Of a stretch of DNA of 64,000 nucleotides, positions 49,434 through 59,536 are shown in pieces. Each line of letters starts with the position of its first letter. Position 1 is the stretch's first letter. The notes beneath the pieces were generated by a model. It worked only from the letters and a program-made list of their open reading frames with translations. It was not told the origin of the DNA and did no database searches. The translations under genes were made by a program, and so were the position numbers. This DNA comes from an uncultured Gammaproteobacteria bacterium (GTDB taxonomy: Bacteria > Pseudomonadota > Gammaproteobacteria > Steroidobacterales > Steroidobacteraceae). The stretch is from contig CAVXRM010000001.1 of NCBI GenBank assembly GCA_963764065.1, positions 58-64,057 of the forward strand, read 5' to 3'.

Positions 49434-49896
49434 TATCGAAGCGATGTGGCGCCTGCTGCTGGCGCTGGGCTGTGGCACCTGCCTGGGTCTCAATCGCGAC
49501 CTGCACCACAAGCCCGCAGGCGTGCGCACCTTCAGCCTGGTGAGTGTCGGCGCAGCAATGGCAACCTTGGCGGCGACTCATCTTTCGCCGGGCGACGCTG
49601 GCGCGGTGGGTCGCGTGATCCAGGGCGTGCTGACCGGCATCGGCTTCGTTGGCGCCGGCGTGATCTTCCACAACGACAAGGGCAAGGCGGTGGCGGGGCT
49701 CACCACGGCCGCCGCGATCTGGTTCACCGCCGCACTGGGCGTGGCCTGCGGGCTGGGCCACTACTCACTGGTGCTGATGGGTCTGTTCGCGTCGCTGGTG
49801 ATACTGGTGATCGGCCGTCCGCTCGAGCGCCTGGCGGAAAAACTGACCACGGAGAAATCGCCGCCTGACTCAGGCGCGGAACCGCCCACTCAGTGA
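49420..49896 (+). CDS. MgtC/SapB-family membrane protein
   Basis: RLLLALGCGTCLGLNRD...GVRTF motif and a GGAGG RBS. Confidence 0.85.
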   Translation: MSAADIEAMWRLLLALGCGTCLGLNRDLHHKPAGVRTFSLVSVGAAMATLAATHLSPGDAGAVGRVIQGVLTGIGFVGAGVIFHNDKGKAVAGLTTAAAIWFTAALGVACGLGHYSLVLMGLFASLVILVIGRPLERLAEKLTTEKSPPDSGAEPPTQ

Positions 49897-49903
49897 GGCG
49901 TGC

Positions 49904-50668
49904 TCAGTGATGCGTGGCCGGCTTGGCGGCGCTCGCAGGCTGCGACTTCTTCACCAGCCAGGTGGCCAGCGCAATGAAATCATCGTCGCTGCCCGCCGTA
50001 TGTGGTGATAGCCGGTAGGTGCCGTTGATGATCAGCGTGGGCGTCGAGTCGGCCTGATAGCCTTTGATCTGCTCGTCGGCCTGGCGCATCTTCGCATCGA
50101 CACTGAATGATTGCGCGGCGGCCAGGAAATCCTCGGCCTTCACCGGAGTGAGCTTCGCGTAGTAGCGCGCGATGTCGGCAATCGTGGGCATCAGCGCCTT
50201 GGGGCGGTTGGTTTCGGTGTCCATGGTGGCCAGCTCGCCGGTTTTCCAGATGGCATCGAAGATGGCATCGTGGGTCTTCTCGGCCAGGCCCAGGTTCTGC
50301 GCCGCGAAGAAGGCGCGCTGGAAGTTCTTCCAGTCTTCTTCCGGGTGCCATGACGCGGGCAGGAAACGCAGCTTCGTCGTCGCCGGCAGGCTGGCCTTGA
50401 GCCTGTTGATCAGCGGGTAGCTGCGATAACAGGCCGGGCAGGCGTAGGAGAAGATCTCGAGCACCTCCACTTTGCCGGCAGGCACTTCGGTAGCCTTGGG
50501 CGGCTGCACCAGGAAATAGTGCTGGCCTTCGACCCAGGTGGTCTCGGCCGCCCGCGCGCCGAAGGCTGCGAATGCAGCCAGCAGCAACAGCGTGCCGCGC
50601 ACGACCACGGTGTGGCGCGGGCCGGCCCAACGCGAGCCCGCTGTCGCCGGTGCCGGAACCCGACTCAT
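49904..50668 (-). CDS. dsbA: thiol:disulfide interchange protein DsbA family
   Basis: Signal peptide and the FSYACPACY (CPAC) active site. Confidence 0.85.
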   Translation of the reverse strand: MSRVPAPATAGSRWAGPRHTVVVRGTLLLLAAFAAFGARAAETTWVEGQHYFLVQPPKATEVPAGKVEVLEIFSYACPACYRSYPLINRLKASLPATTKLRFLPASWHPEEDWKNFQRAFFAAQNLGLAEKTHDAIFDAIWKTGELATMDTETNRPKALMPTIADIARYYAKLTPVKAEDFLAAAQSFSVDAKMRQADEQIKGYQADSTPTLIINGTYRLSPHTAGSDDDFIALATWLVKKSQPASAAKPATHH

Positions 50669-50868
50669 CCGGCCTTGGGTTCCTTGTTCTGCTGTATCCA
50701 CAGCAAGGCTGCTTCCACGTCGGCCAGTTCGCTCGCATTGAAGCCGGCCACGCGACCGCCACCTGCGGCTGCCTTGTTGCGCTCCAGTTCGGCGTTCGCC
50801 TGGGTATAGACCCACACCAGGCCGCGCCGCACCTTGGAAGTGAATTTCTGCTGCTTGTCTTCAGTCAT
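50665..50868 (-). CDS. small hypothetical protein (67 aa) translationally coupled to dsbA
   Basis: ATGA overlap with the dsbA start. No motif recognised. Confidence 0.4.
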   Translation of the reverse strand: MTEDKQQKFTSKVRRGLVWVYTQANAELERNKAAAGGGRVAGFNASELADVEAALLWIQQNKEPKAG

Positions 50869-51188
50869 GATCGTCCTCGCTGGCAGTAGTCGTCGGGGTC
50901 GGGAGCGAATAGGGCGGATCGCTACCAACTAGCGATCCGTCCCGAATTGCTCAATGAGCATGCCTCGGGTTCTAGACGTCGAGGTCATCGACAGGCAACG
51001 CGGACTAACGGAAGCGCGCCCATCTGCTTCAAGCGGAGCGAAGCCTACGCTGAAAAGGCGTTGTTCGGCAACCTCTTATTACAATATCGCCTCCGCGTCA
51101 CCCGCAGCAATGCGAATGCTGTCGCGTGCTATTCGATTGGCATAGCATTGAACACTGCGGTTCGTGACAAATATCGGGGTCGGGCAAG

Positions 51189-52559
51189 ATGACGACGAAG
51201 AATCAAGCTACCCAGCGGAACACAGGTCTGCTGGCCAGGGCGACTGCAATGACGCTGTCGTGCGCACTGCTTCTGCACCCGCTCAGCTCGCGCGGTGCTG
51301 CTGCGGCCACGCCGGCGGCCAGCGCTCCGCTCATCATTGTCACCGCAGCCACGCTGATCGATGGCGTTGCGGATCAACCCCGCCACCATGTGGCGGTGGT
51401 CATCCGCGGTAATCGCATCGAAGCGATCCGCGATCGCGACAGCAAGGATCTGCCCACCGACGCGCAGCGCATCGATCTTGGCGATGCGACTCTGCTGCCT
51501 GGCCTGATCGATACGCACACGCATATCTTCCTGCAGGGCGAAGTGCCCGCCGAGGGCGGCTACGATGTGCAACTGCTCAAGCACCCGCTTTCCTACCGCG
51601 TGGCGCGCGCGGTGGTCGCGGCGAAACGCGCGCTCGACCAGGGCTTCACCACGCTGCGCGATGTCGAGACCGAGGGCGCGGGGTACGGTGATGTGGGCAT
51701 CAAGCAGGCCATCGAGGCTGGCATCATTCCCGGGCCCAGGATGTTCATCTCCACGGTGTCGATCTCCAGCACCGGCGGCTATGCACTCGAAGGTTATGCG
51801 CCGGAGCTGACGCTCCCCAAGGGCTCACAGCTGATCGATGGCCCCATCGAAGCGCGCAAGGCCGCGCGCGAGCAGCTCGACCACGGCGCCGACTGGATCA
51901 AGGTCTACATGACGCATCGCTCCTGGGTGGATCGCGCCGGCAAGCTGGTCTCGCAACCCACGCTCACCACCGAGGAGCTGCGCGCGGTGGTCGATGAAAC
52001 CCACGGCTGGGGCCGCAAGGTCGCCTGCCATGCCTACAACGGCATTGGCTTGCAGCGCGCGCTCGATGGCGGCTGCGATTCGATCGAGCACGGCCTGGAA
52101 ATCACCGACGAGCAGATCGCGCAGATGCGCCGCCAGGGCACCTGGTACGTGCCGACCATGGCGGTCTATTACAAGGACTGGGATCCGGCCGAAACGCCCT
52201 CGGGCCAGCGCGATCGCGCGCGCGTCGCCGCGCATGGCGTGTCCTTCGCCAAGGCGCTGAAGGCCGGCATCCACATGGCCTTCGGCACCGATGTCGGCGG
52301 ATTTCCCTGGAGCGAGCCGATCGCGCAGGAGTTCGCGCGCGAAGTGGAATTCGGCATGACGCCGATGCAGGCCATCCAGTCGGCGACCGTGCGTGCTGCC
52401 GAATTGCTGGGCATGTCAGGACAGATCGGCGCGGTGGTGCCCGGTGCCTACGCCGACCTGATGGCGGTGCGGGGCGATCCGCTCACCGACGTGTCGGTGC
52501 TCGAGCAGGTGCAGTTCGTGATGAAGGATGGCGTGGTCTATACGTCGGCTGCACACTAG
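51189..52559 (+). CDS. amidohydrolase-family metallohydrolase (secreted)
   Basis: Signal peptide, LPGLIDTHTHI (HxH), and later H and D ligands. Confidence 0.85.
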   Translation: MTTKNQATQRNTGLLARATAMTLSCALLLHPLSSRGAAAATPAASAPLIIVTAATLIDGVADQPRHHVAVVIRGNRIEAIRDRDSKDLPTDAQRIDLGDATLLPGLIDTHTHIFLQGEVPAEGGYDVQLLKHPLSYRVARAVVAAKRALDQGFTTLRDVETEGAGYGDVGIKQAIEAGIIPGPRMFISTVSISSTGGYALEGYAPELTLPKGSQLIDGPIEARKAAREQLDHGADWIKVYMTHRSWVDRAGKLVSQPTLTTEELRAVVDETHGWGRKVACHAYNGIGLQRALDGGCDSIEHGLEITDEQIAQMRRQGTWYVPTMAVYYKDWDPAETPSGQRDRARVAAHGVSFAKALKAGIHMAFGTDVGGFPWSEPIAQEFAREVEFGMTPMQAIQSATVRAAELLGMSGQIGAVVPGAYADLMAVRGDPLTDVSVLEQVQFVMKDGVVYTSAAH

Positions 52560-52593
52560 CGCAGCTGCGGCAGGGCAATAGCGCCGCCGTGGC

Positions 52594-53079
52594 TCAGGCC
52601 TGGCCGAGCTCGCGGCGCGCAAAGCCGTCGAAGCGCGCGCCCTGCTTACCGTAGGCGGGCTCGACCGAGCCGCCGCGCAGCGTTGCGAGCAGTTGCTGCA
52701 CCTGGCCGAGTTTCAGCGCCACGACTGCGCCGTTGCGGTCGTTCAGATCCTTGCAGCGGCCCGCGACCTCGAGGTTGCGTTGCCAGCGTGCACGGAGCTT
52801 GCGATCGCTATCGCACCAGGCCAGCAGTTTTTCAAAACCCGTGCGCCCTTCGCCGAAGGACAGCATCCGGCAGGTGGTGGTGCGCTCGGCATCGAGTCGC
52901 CCCAGGCTGTCGACGCAGTGCTGGCGTGAGCCGCCGATATTTTCAATGGCAGTGGCATCGTCACTGCGCACCACCTCGGATTCGCGCCTGAGGATCTGCT
53001 CGAGTTCGCCGAGCAGGCGCGCTTCATCGCCCAGTATGCGATCCAGGTGCCGCCGGATGTCGGCAGGCTGCACGCCCAT
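52594..53079 (-). CDS. flgN: flagellar export chaperone FlgN
   Basis: Position downstream of flgM, helical protein of about 160 aa. Confidence 0.7.
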   Translation of the reverse strand: MGVQPADIRRHLDRILGDEARLLGELEQILRRESEVVRSDDATAIENIGGSRQHCVDSLGRLDAERTTTCRMLSFGEGRTGFEKLLAWCDSDRKLRARWQRNLEVAGRCKDLNDRNGAVVALKLGQVQQLLATLRGGSVEPAYGKQGARFDGFARRELGQA

Positions 53080-53082
53080 GGA

Positions 53083-53418
53083 TCAGGACTTGCGGCGCTG
53101 GCTCGCGTCGGCGAGGTCGCGCTCCAGTTGCATCAGGCGGTCGGCGATCTTTTCCGGATTGGCATGGTACTGGCCGCGCTCGATGGCCTGGCGCAGCTCG
53201 GTAACGCGCGCGGCATCGACATCAGGCATGCCGGCAATGGTTTCCTGCAGCGCCGCGAGGCGACGCGCGGTGTCCGTGATATTGATGCTCTCGGTGCTCG
53301 CGCCGGTCGCCGTGCTGGTCGCCGAGCTCGCAGGCGCTGCGCGACTCACGCGCTCAAGTGCACGGCTGCTGCCAGTTTCGACGGCGCTGGTATCGCCGCC
53401 TTTGATACGGGTGGTCAC
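53083..53418 (-). CDS. flgM: anti-sigma-28 factor FlgM
   Basis: GGAGAG RBS plus GTG start. C-terminal VDAARVTELRQAIERGQYHANPEKIADRL. Confidence 0.8.
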   Translation of the reverse strand: MTTRIKGGDTSAVETGSSRALERVSRAAPASSATSTATGASTESINITDTARRLAALQETIAGMPDVDAARVTELRQAIERGQYHANPEKIADRLMQLERDLADASQRRKS

Positions 53419-53452
53419 GGGGCTCTCCTGCCTGGGGTTCTCACAACTCGCT

Positions 53453-53479
53453 GTAACGGCACGCCGTGCCGCAACTTGA
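53453..53479 (-). promoter_or_regulatory. sigma28 (FliA)-type promoter upstream of flgM
   Basis: The minus strand reads TCAAGTTG-N11-GCCGTTAC against the consensus TAAAGTTT-N11-GCCGATAA. It lies 35 nt before the flgM GTG. Confidence 0.55.
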
Positions 53480-53491
53480 ATGCCGCGTTTG

Positions 53492-54214
53492 TCATAAGGA
53501 TATCTCAACCAGCTGCGCGCTGCGCACGGTGGCTTCGACGATGCGCTGCGAGGCCGGGTTCTGCACCTTGATCAGCTCGTCGGGCCGACCATCGGCGAGT
53601 GCGATCACCGTCACACGCACATCCATGCCGCTGGTGTGGGCCAGCAGGGTGAGTTGCTGACCGCGACGCACGATGGCGGCGATCGCCAGGGCATCGGCCG
53701 TCAAGGCTTCGCCTTGAGCGAGTGGTCGGCGCAGATGCTGACCCGCGAGTCGCGTGGCGTCGCTGACATAGTTGCTCGAGAGGCCAGGCAGACGGCGCGT
53801 CACGGTCTCGAAATCAGAGGCGAGCGGCGCGGCACCACGCGCCAGTGCGTGTTGCGCGACCAGCACCGGAAATTCGCTGGCCAGCGCTGCCGAGAGATAG
53901 ATCGCCCAACGCGTACCGGCTTCGCAGCGCACGCCTACGGTAGTGCGATCGCGCAGCTGGCCGTCGCCGGCAATGCTGGCACTGAGTGGTACCGGGCAAT
54001 TGGCCAGGCGCAGTCGCGCGTCGGGCATGCCCACCTCGACAATCAGTTGCGTGCCTGCCGGGCCAGCGGCTTCGCGCACTGCATGCTCCGCCGCGGCGCG
54101 AATGCTGTTCAGATCGGTGTAGGTACTCTCGGCCGCATGCAAGGGCTTGAGCAGCACCATCGCCACCGCGGTCGCGGCAAAGCGGTAGAAGGCTCTATTG
54201 ATCTTCGCGGACAT
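53492..54214 (-). CDS. flgA: flagellar basal-body P-ring formation chaperone FlgA
   Basis: Signal peptide and a C-terminal SAF-like domain (IKVQNPASQRIVEATV). Confidence 0.85.
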   Translation of the reverse strand: MSAKINRAFYRFAATAVAMVLLKPLHAAESTYTDLNSIRAAAEHAVREAAGPAGTQLIVEVGMPDARLRLANCPVPLSASIAGDGQLRDRTTVGVRCEAGTRWAIYLSAALASEFPVLVAQHALARGAAPLASDFETVTRRLPGLSSNYVSDATRLAGQHLRRPLAQGEALTADALAIAAIVRRGQQLTLLAHTSGMDVRVTVIALADGRPDELIKVQNPASQRIVEATVRSAQLVEISL

Positions 54215-54409
54215 GGGCAATCTCCTGCTGCACCAGCCAGAGGAGCAAGGCTCATGCCAGCCCTGGCGCCAGAAGACTGACGCCTGCGATGCCGGCAGCG
54301 GCAAGCCTGCGCCAGCAGACGGCAAGCGCTTGCCGCTGGCAGTGCGCAGCGCCGCGGGTTTGCGACGCCGATCACGCTTTGCGGGTGCTTTTGCAGCGGT
54401 GCGGGCGCA

Positions 54410-54424
54410 TGGCACAGCACTTGC
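54410..54424 (+). promoter_or_regulatory. sigma54 promoter for flgB operon
   Basis: TGGCAC-AGCAC-TTGC is an exact -24/-12 consensus. It lies 48 nt upstream of the flgB ATG. Confidence 0.75.
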
Positions 54425-54471
54425 TCCTTCATCCCGCGAGCGAAGTGCTCATTGGCCCACCAGGAGGCCGC

Positions 54472-54879
54472 ATGGCAAGTGCAATAGACAACTTTCTAGG
54501 CGTACACGCGCAGGCGCTCGGTATCGAGTCGCGCCGCGCACAGTTGCTGGCCTCGAATCTTGCCAACGCCGACACACCGAACTTCAAGGCGCGCGACCTC
54601 GACTTCAAGGCTGCGCTGGCCAGTGCCGGTGAGACGCAGGGCGGCACGCTGCCGCTGCAGCTCACGCAAAGCGCGCACCAGCAGGCCGCCGGTGGCGTGG
54701 CCGACAACGATCCCACTCTCTTATACCGCGTGCCGCTGGCGCCGGCGCTGGATGGCAACACCGTGGATCCGCAGCTCGAGCAGGCTGCCTTCGCCGAGAA
54801 CGCGGTGCGCTACCAGGCCACGCTCACGATGCTCAACAGCCGCCTGCGATCGCTGATGACAGCGATCACCGGGCAATAA
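54472..54879 (+). CDS. flgB: flagellar basal-body rod protein FlgB
   Basis: AGGAGG RBS and NLANADTPNFKARD. Confidence 0.9.
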   Translation: MASAIDNFLGVHAQALGIESRRAQLLASNLANADTPNFKARDLDFKAALASAGETQGGTLPLQLTQSAHQQAAGGVADNDPTLLYRVPLAPALDGNTVDPQLEQAAFAENAVRYQATLTMLNSRLRSLMTAITGQ

Positions 54880-54899
54880 ATCGCGCGAGGGCAATCATC

Positions 54900-55313
54900 A
54901 TGTCCAGCTTCAGGATCTTCGATATCGCCGGTGCCGGCATGAGTGCGCAGTCGGTGCGCCTCAACACCGTAGCCAGCAATCTCGCCAACGCCGACAGCGT
55001 CAGTGGCAGTGCCGCCGGCGTGTATCGCGCGCGCCATCCGGTCTTCCAGGCTACGCAGGCTCCGGCCAGCGACCCTTCCGGTGCCGGCGTCGAAGTGCGC
55101 GGCATCATCGAAAGCCAGGCGACGCCCGAGAAGCGCTACGACCCCGCGAGTCCGCTGGCCGACAGCAACGGCTATGTCTACGCGCCCAACGTCAACACCG
55201 TCGAAGAGATGGTGGACATGATCTCGGCCTCGCGCGCCTATCAGAACAATGTCGAGGTGATGAACACCGCCCGCGGCATGATGCTGGCCACGCTCAAGCT
55301 CGGCCAGGGTTGA
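54900..55313 (+). CDS. flgC: flagellar basal-body rod protein FlgC
   Basis: SNLANADS...YVYAPNVN..EEMVDMISASRAYQNN. Confidence 0.95.
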   Translation: MSSFRIFDIAGAGMSAQSVRLNTVASNLANADSVSGSAAGVYRARHPVFQATQAPASDPSGAGVEVRGIIESQATPEKRYDPASPLADSNGYVYAPNVNTVEEMVDMISASRAYQNNVEVMNTARGMMLATLKLGQG

Positions 55314-55339
55314 TTGCCCGCCTACTGGAGTAATACACG

Positions 55340-56014
55340 ATGAGCACTACTGATCCCGTAACACAGAACAACGCCAGTGCCGCGGCCAGCGCTGCGAGCA
55401 GCACGCGCAAGAGCGCCAGCAACCTCGGCGTCGCCGATTTCCTGACGCTGATGACCACACAGCTGAAGAACCAGGATCCCTTCAAGCCGCTGGATGGCAC
55501 CGAGATGGTGGCGCAGCTGGCGCAGTTCGGCACCGTGTCGGGTGTGCAGCAGATGAACACCACGCTGGGGACGCTCTCCGATTCGCTGCGCTCCTCGCAG
55601 GCGCTCTCGGGTGCGACCATGGTCGGGCACGAGATCATCGCGCCTGCCAGCAGCGCAAGTTACAACGGCCAGCAGCCGCTGGTGTGTGCGGTGCAGGTGC
55701 CCACGGGCACGAGCAGCGTCACCGCCACCGTTACCGACAACAGTGGTCAGGTGATCCGCCATATCAGTGTGCCGGCCGACAGCGGCCAGCAGGGTTTCGT
55801 GTGGGACGGCAAGACCGATGGCGGCGCCCAGGCGGCCGCCGGCACGTACGCCGTGGCCGCGATCGCCAACACCGGCGGGACCGGCGTCTCGCTGGCCACT
55901 TCGGTGGCGGCACGCGTCACCAGCGTCAGCCTCGATGCCACGGGCGCAGGCCTGACCCTGAATACACCGGAGCTGGGCGCGGTCGCGCTCAGCAAAGTCA
56001 CACAGATTTACTGA
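55340..56014 (+). CDS. flgD: flagellar hook assembly (cap) protein FlgD
   Basis: DFLTLMTTQLKNQDPFKPLD motif. Confidence 0.9.
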   Translation: MSTTDPVTQNNASAAASAASSTRKSASNLGVADFLTLMTTQLKNQDPFKPLDGTEMVAQLAQFGTVSGVQQMNTTLGTLSDSLRSSQALSGATMVGHEIIAPASSASYNGQQPLVCAVQVPTGTSSVTATVTDNSGQVIRHISVPADSGQQGFVWDGKTDGGAQAAAGTYAVAAIANTGGTGVSLATSVAARVTSVSLDATGAGLTLNTPELGAVALSKVTQIY

Positions 56015-56035
56015 TCTTCAAGCAGGAGCAACACC

Positions 56036-57254
56036 ATGTCATTCGGCATCGCCCTCAGCGGCATCAACGCAGCCCAGAGCGACCTCAACGTCACGGCCAA
56101 CAACATCGCCAATTCGAACACCAACGGCTTCAAGCAGTCGCGTTCGGAGTTCGCCGAACTGTTCGCAGTCTCGCCGCAGGGCGTGAGCAAGGCCCAGACC
56201 GGCGCTGGCGTGAAGATCTCGAATGTCGCCACGCAGTTCTCGCAGGGCAACATCGAGACCACCAACAACAGCCTCGACCTGGCGATCAGCGGCCAGGGCT
56301 TCTTCATACTCAGCGACAATGGCGCTTCGGCCTACACCCGGGCCGGCGCCTTCGAGACGGACAACTCCGGCTACGTGGTCAATGCCGAGGGCCAGCGCCT
56401 GCAGGTGTATCAGCCCACGCTCGGCGGCGCCTTCAACACCACCTCGCTCACCGACCTGCGGTTGGTGACCGGCGACAGCGCACCGCAGGCCACGACCAAT
56501 GCGAACATCGTCTTCAATCTGGCCGTCGAATGTCGCGCCGCCTTCGGTCGCGGTGTTCGATCCGGCCAACACCAACAGCTACAACAACTCCACCTCGCTG
56601 ACGGTGTACGACTCGCTGGGCGCGGCGCACACCGCCAGCATGTATTTCGTCAAGACCGCGACCGCCAACACCTGGGATACCCACATGTATATCGATGGCG
56701 TGGCGGTGGGTGGTGCGCAGACGCTGCAATACACCAACACCGGCGCACTGGCCGTACCGAGCCCGGGCAAGATCACTTTTCCGGCATACCCGCCCGGCAC
56801 CGGCGCACTCGCCATCAACCTGACGGTCGATTACTCGAGCACCACGCAGTACGGCGACACCTTCGGCGTCACCTCCGTGTCGCAGGACGGCTTCACCACC
56901 GGCCGGCTGATCGGCATCAGCGTCGGTTCAACCGGCGTCGTGCAGGCGCGCTTCACCAACGGCCGCTCGGTGTCGCTCGGCCAGGTGGCGATGGCGAACT
57001 TCGCCAATCCGCAGGGCCTGCAGCCGCTCGGCAACACCAACTGGTCGGAGACCTTCAACTCGGGCCAGGCGCTGCACGGCCAGGCCGGCAACTCGGGCTT
57101 CGGTCTGATCCAGTCCGGCTCGCTCGAGCAGTCGAACGTCGATATCACCGCGCAGCTGGTCAACATGATCACCGCGCAGCGCAACTTCCAGGCCAACGCG
57201 CAGATGATCTCGACCGAGAACCAGATCACCCAGACCATCATCAACATCCGCTGA
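56036..57254 (+). pseudogene. flgE: flagellar hook protein FlgE, one frameshift near 56525
   Basis: The N-terminal 163 aa are in one frame. The remainder (SNVAPPSVAVFDP...QRNFQANAQMISTENQITQTIINIR) is in the frame of ORF 56499-57254. Confidence 0.9.
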
Positions 57255-57276
57255 GCAACGGATCAGGAATTCAACC

Positions 57277-58025
57277 ATGGACCGTCTGGTGTACGTGGCG
57301 ATGTCGGGCGCCAAGGAAACGCTGCGCGCGCAGGCCGCCAACAACCACAACCTCGCCAATGCCAGCACGACCGGCTTTCGCGCCGACCTGCTCGGCGTTC
57401 CAGAGCGCAGGCCGTGCAGGGGGCCGGGCTTCGCCACGCGCGTCTACGCCACCGATCACTCGGTGGGCTGGAACGCGAGCAGCGGCGAGCTGCAGCAGAC
57501 CGGGCGCGATCTGGATGTGGCGATCAAGGGCCGGGCTGGATCGCCGTGCAGGGCAGCGATGGGCAGCGAGGCCTACACCCGCGCCGGCGATCTGCGCGTC
57601 GATGCCAACGGCCAGCTGGTCAACCGGCGACCGGCCTCCCGGTGCTCGGCGACGGCGGACCGATGGCGGTGCCGCCGCACTGCTTCGATCAGCGTGGCGG
57701 CGACGGCTCGATGTCGATCGTGCCGCTGGGCCAGGCCGCGAACACCGTGGCCACCGTCGGGCGCATCAAGCTCGTCAATCCGCCGCCGGAGACCGTTGAT
57801 CGCGGCGCCGACGGCCTGTTCCGCCTTCGCAACGGCGGCGATGCCCCGGCGGATGCCGGCGTGCAGCTCACCTCGGGCGCGCTCGAGAGCAGCAACGTCA
57901 ACGTCGCCGACGCCATGACGCAACATGATCGAGCTGGCGCGCCAGCTTCGACCTGCAGGTCAAGGCGATGCGCACCGCAGAGGAAGACGCCGCTTCGTCG
58001 GCGCGCGCTGCTGCAGGCCGGCTGA
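57277..58025 (+). pseudogene. flgF: flagellar basal-body rod protein FlgF, ~11 single-base indels
   Basis: Conserved FlgF blocks ([67 protein letters not shown]) appear only by switching frames repeatedly. Confidence 0.85.
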
Positions 58026-58053
58026 ACGCACTCAACGTCATTCAGGAGCAGTC

Positions 58054-58842
58054 ATGAATCCAGCACTGTGGGCCGCCAAGACCGGACTCGACGCGCAGCA
58101 GACGCGCATGGCTGTGGTCTCGAACAACCTCGCCAACGTCAACACCACCGGCTTCAAGAAGAGCCGCGCGGTGTTCGAGGACCTGCTGTACCAGAACGTC
58201 ACGCCAGGTCGGCGGCGCGACCTCGCAGGACACGCAGGCACCCACCGGGCTCTCGCTCGGCACCGGCGTGCGCGTGGTGGCGACCGAAAAGACCTACACC
58301 CAGGGGAATCTGAGCCAGACCGGCAACTCGCTCGATCTGGCGATCAGCGGCCGCGGCTTCTTCCAGGTGCTGATGCCCGACGGCACGCTCGGCTACACGC
58401 GCGACGGGCGATTTCCAGCTCAACAGCCAGGGGCAGCTCGTGACCTCGAGCGGCTACGAGGTGCAGCCCGGCATCACCATTCCGCAGGGCGCGCAGAGCG
58501 TCACCATCGGCACCGACGGCATGGTCACGGTGCAGCTGGCCGGCCAGTCGGCGCCGCACGCAGGTCGGCACGTTGCAGCTGGCCGATTTCGTGAATCCCG
58601 CCGGCCTGCAGCCGCGCGGCGAAAACCTGCTGGTGGAATCGGCATCGAGCGGCACTGCGCAGTCGGGCAACCCTGGCCAGTCGGGCCTGGGCACGCTGCA
58701 GCAGGGCTCCGTCGAAGGCTCCAACGTCAACGTGGTCGAGGAAATGGTGAACATGATCGAGACGCAGCGCGCCTACGAGATGAACACCAAGGCCATCCCG
58801 ACCACCGACCAGATGCTGCAGTACCTGAGCAACAACGTCTGA
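58054..58842 (+). pseudogene. flgG: flagellar distal rod protein FlgG, 3 frameshifts
   Basis: Four consecutive ORF pieces (58054, 58268, 58440, 58573 frames) together spell a full FlgG. Shifts lie near 58204, 58407 and 58558. Confidence 0.9.
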
Positions 58843-59526
58843 TGGGAGTCATCGTGAAGAATCGCTATCTGCTGTTGTTGCCCGTTGCGCTGCTGGCCGC
58901 CTGCGCCAGTACGCCCTCGCGCATGGAGAATTTCGATGCGGCGCTGCCGGTCAACGCGACGCCGCCGCCGCGCTACCGGCGGCGCGATCTACCAGGCCGG
59001 CCACGACGTGCCGCTGTTCGAGAATTCCGTGGCGCATCGCGTCGGCGACGTGCTGACCATCGTGCTCGAGGAAAAGACCGACGCCAGCAAGAGCGCCAGC
59101 ACCACCACGGCCAAGAAGACCAAGGCCGACCTGCCGGGGCCCACGATATTCGGCGCGCCGGTCACGCTGCACGGCAACGAGATACTCGCCGGCAGCATGA
59201 ACAACGCCAGCAGCTTCGACGGCTCGGGCGACAGCAAGCAGAGCAATCTGCTGCAACGGCAACATCACCGTGACCGTCGTCAAGCGACTGGCCAACGGCA
59301 ATCTGCTGGTGCGCGGCCAGAAAGTGGATCAGCATCAACCAGGGGAGCGAGTACGTGCGCCTCCAGGGCATCGTCCGCCCCATCGATATCGCACCGGACA
59401 ACACCGTGCCTTCCTCCAAGGTCGCCGACGCCTCCATCTCCTACGGATCGCAGGGCGTACTGGCCTCGGCCAACAGCAAGGGCTGGCTGGCGCGCTTCTT
59501 CGATTCCAAGTGGACTGCCGTTCTGA
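58842..59526 (+). pseudogene. flgH: flagellar L-ring lipoprotein FlgH, 4 frameshifts
   Basis: Lipobox LLAACA. Shifts lie near 58977, 59257, 59324 (aaa-g-tgg restores GQKWISINQGSEYVRLQG) and 59514 (restores ...SKWLPF stop). Confidence 0.85.
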
Positions 59527-59536
59527 GGGTTCATCC

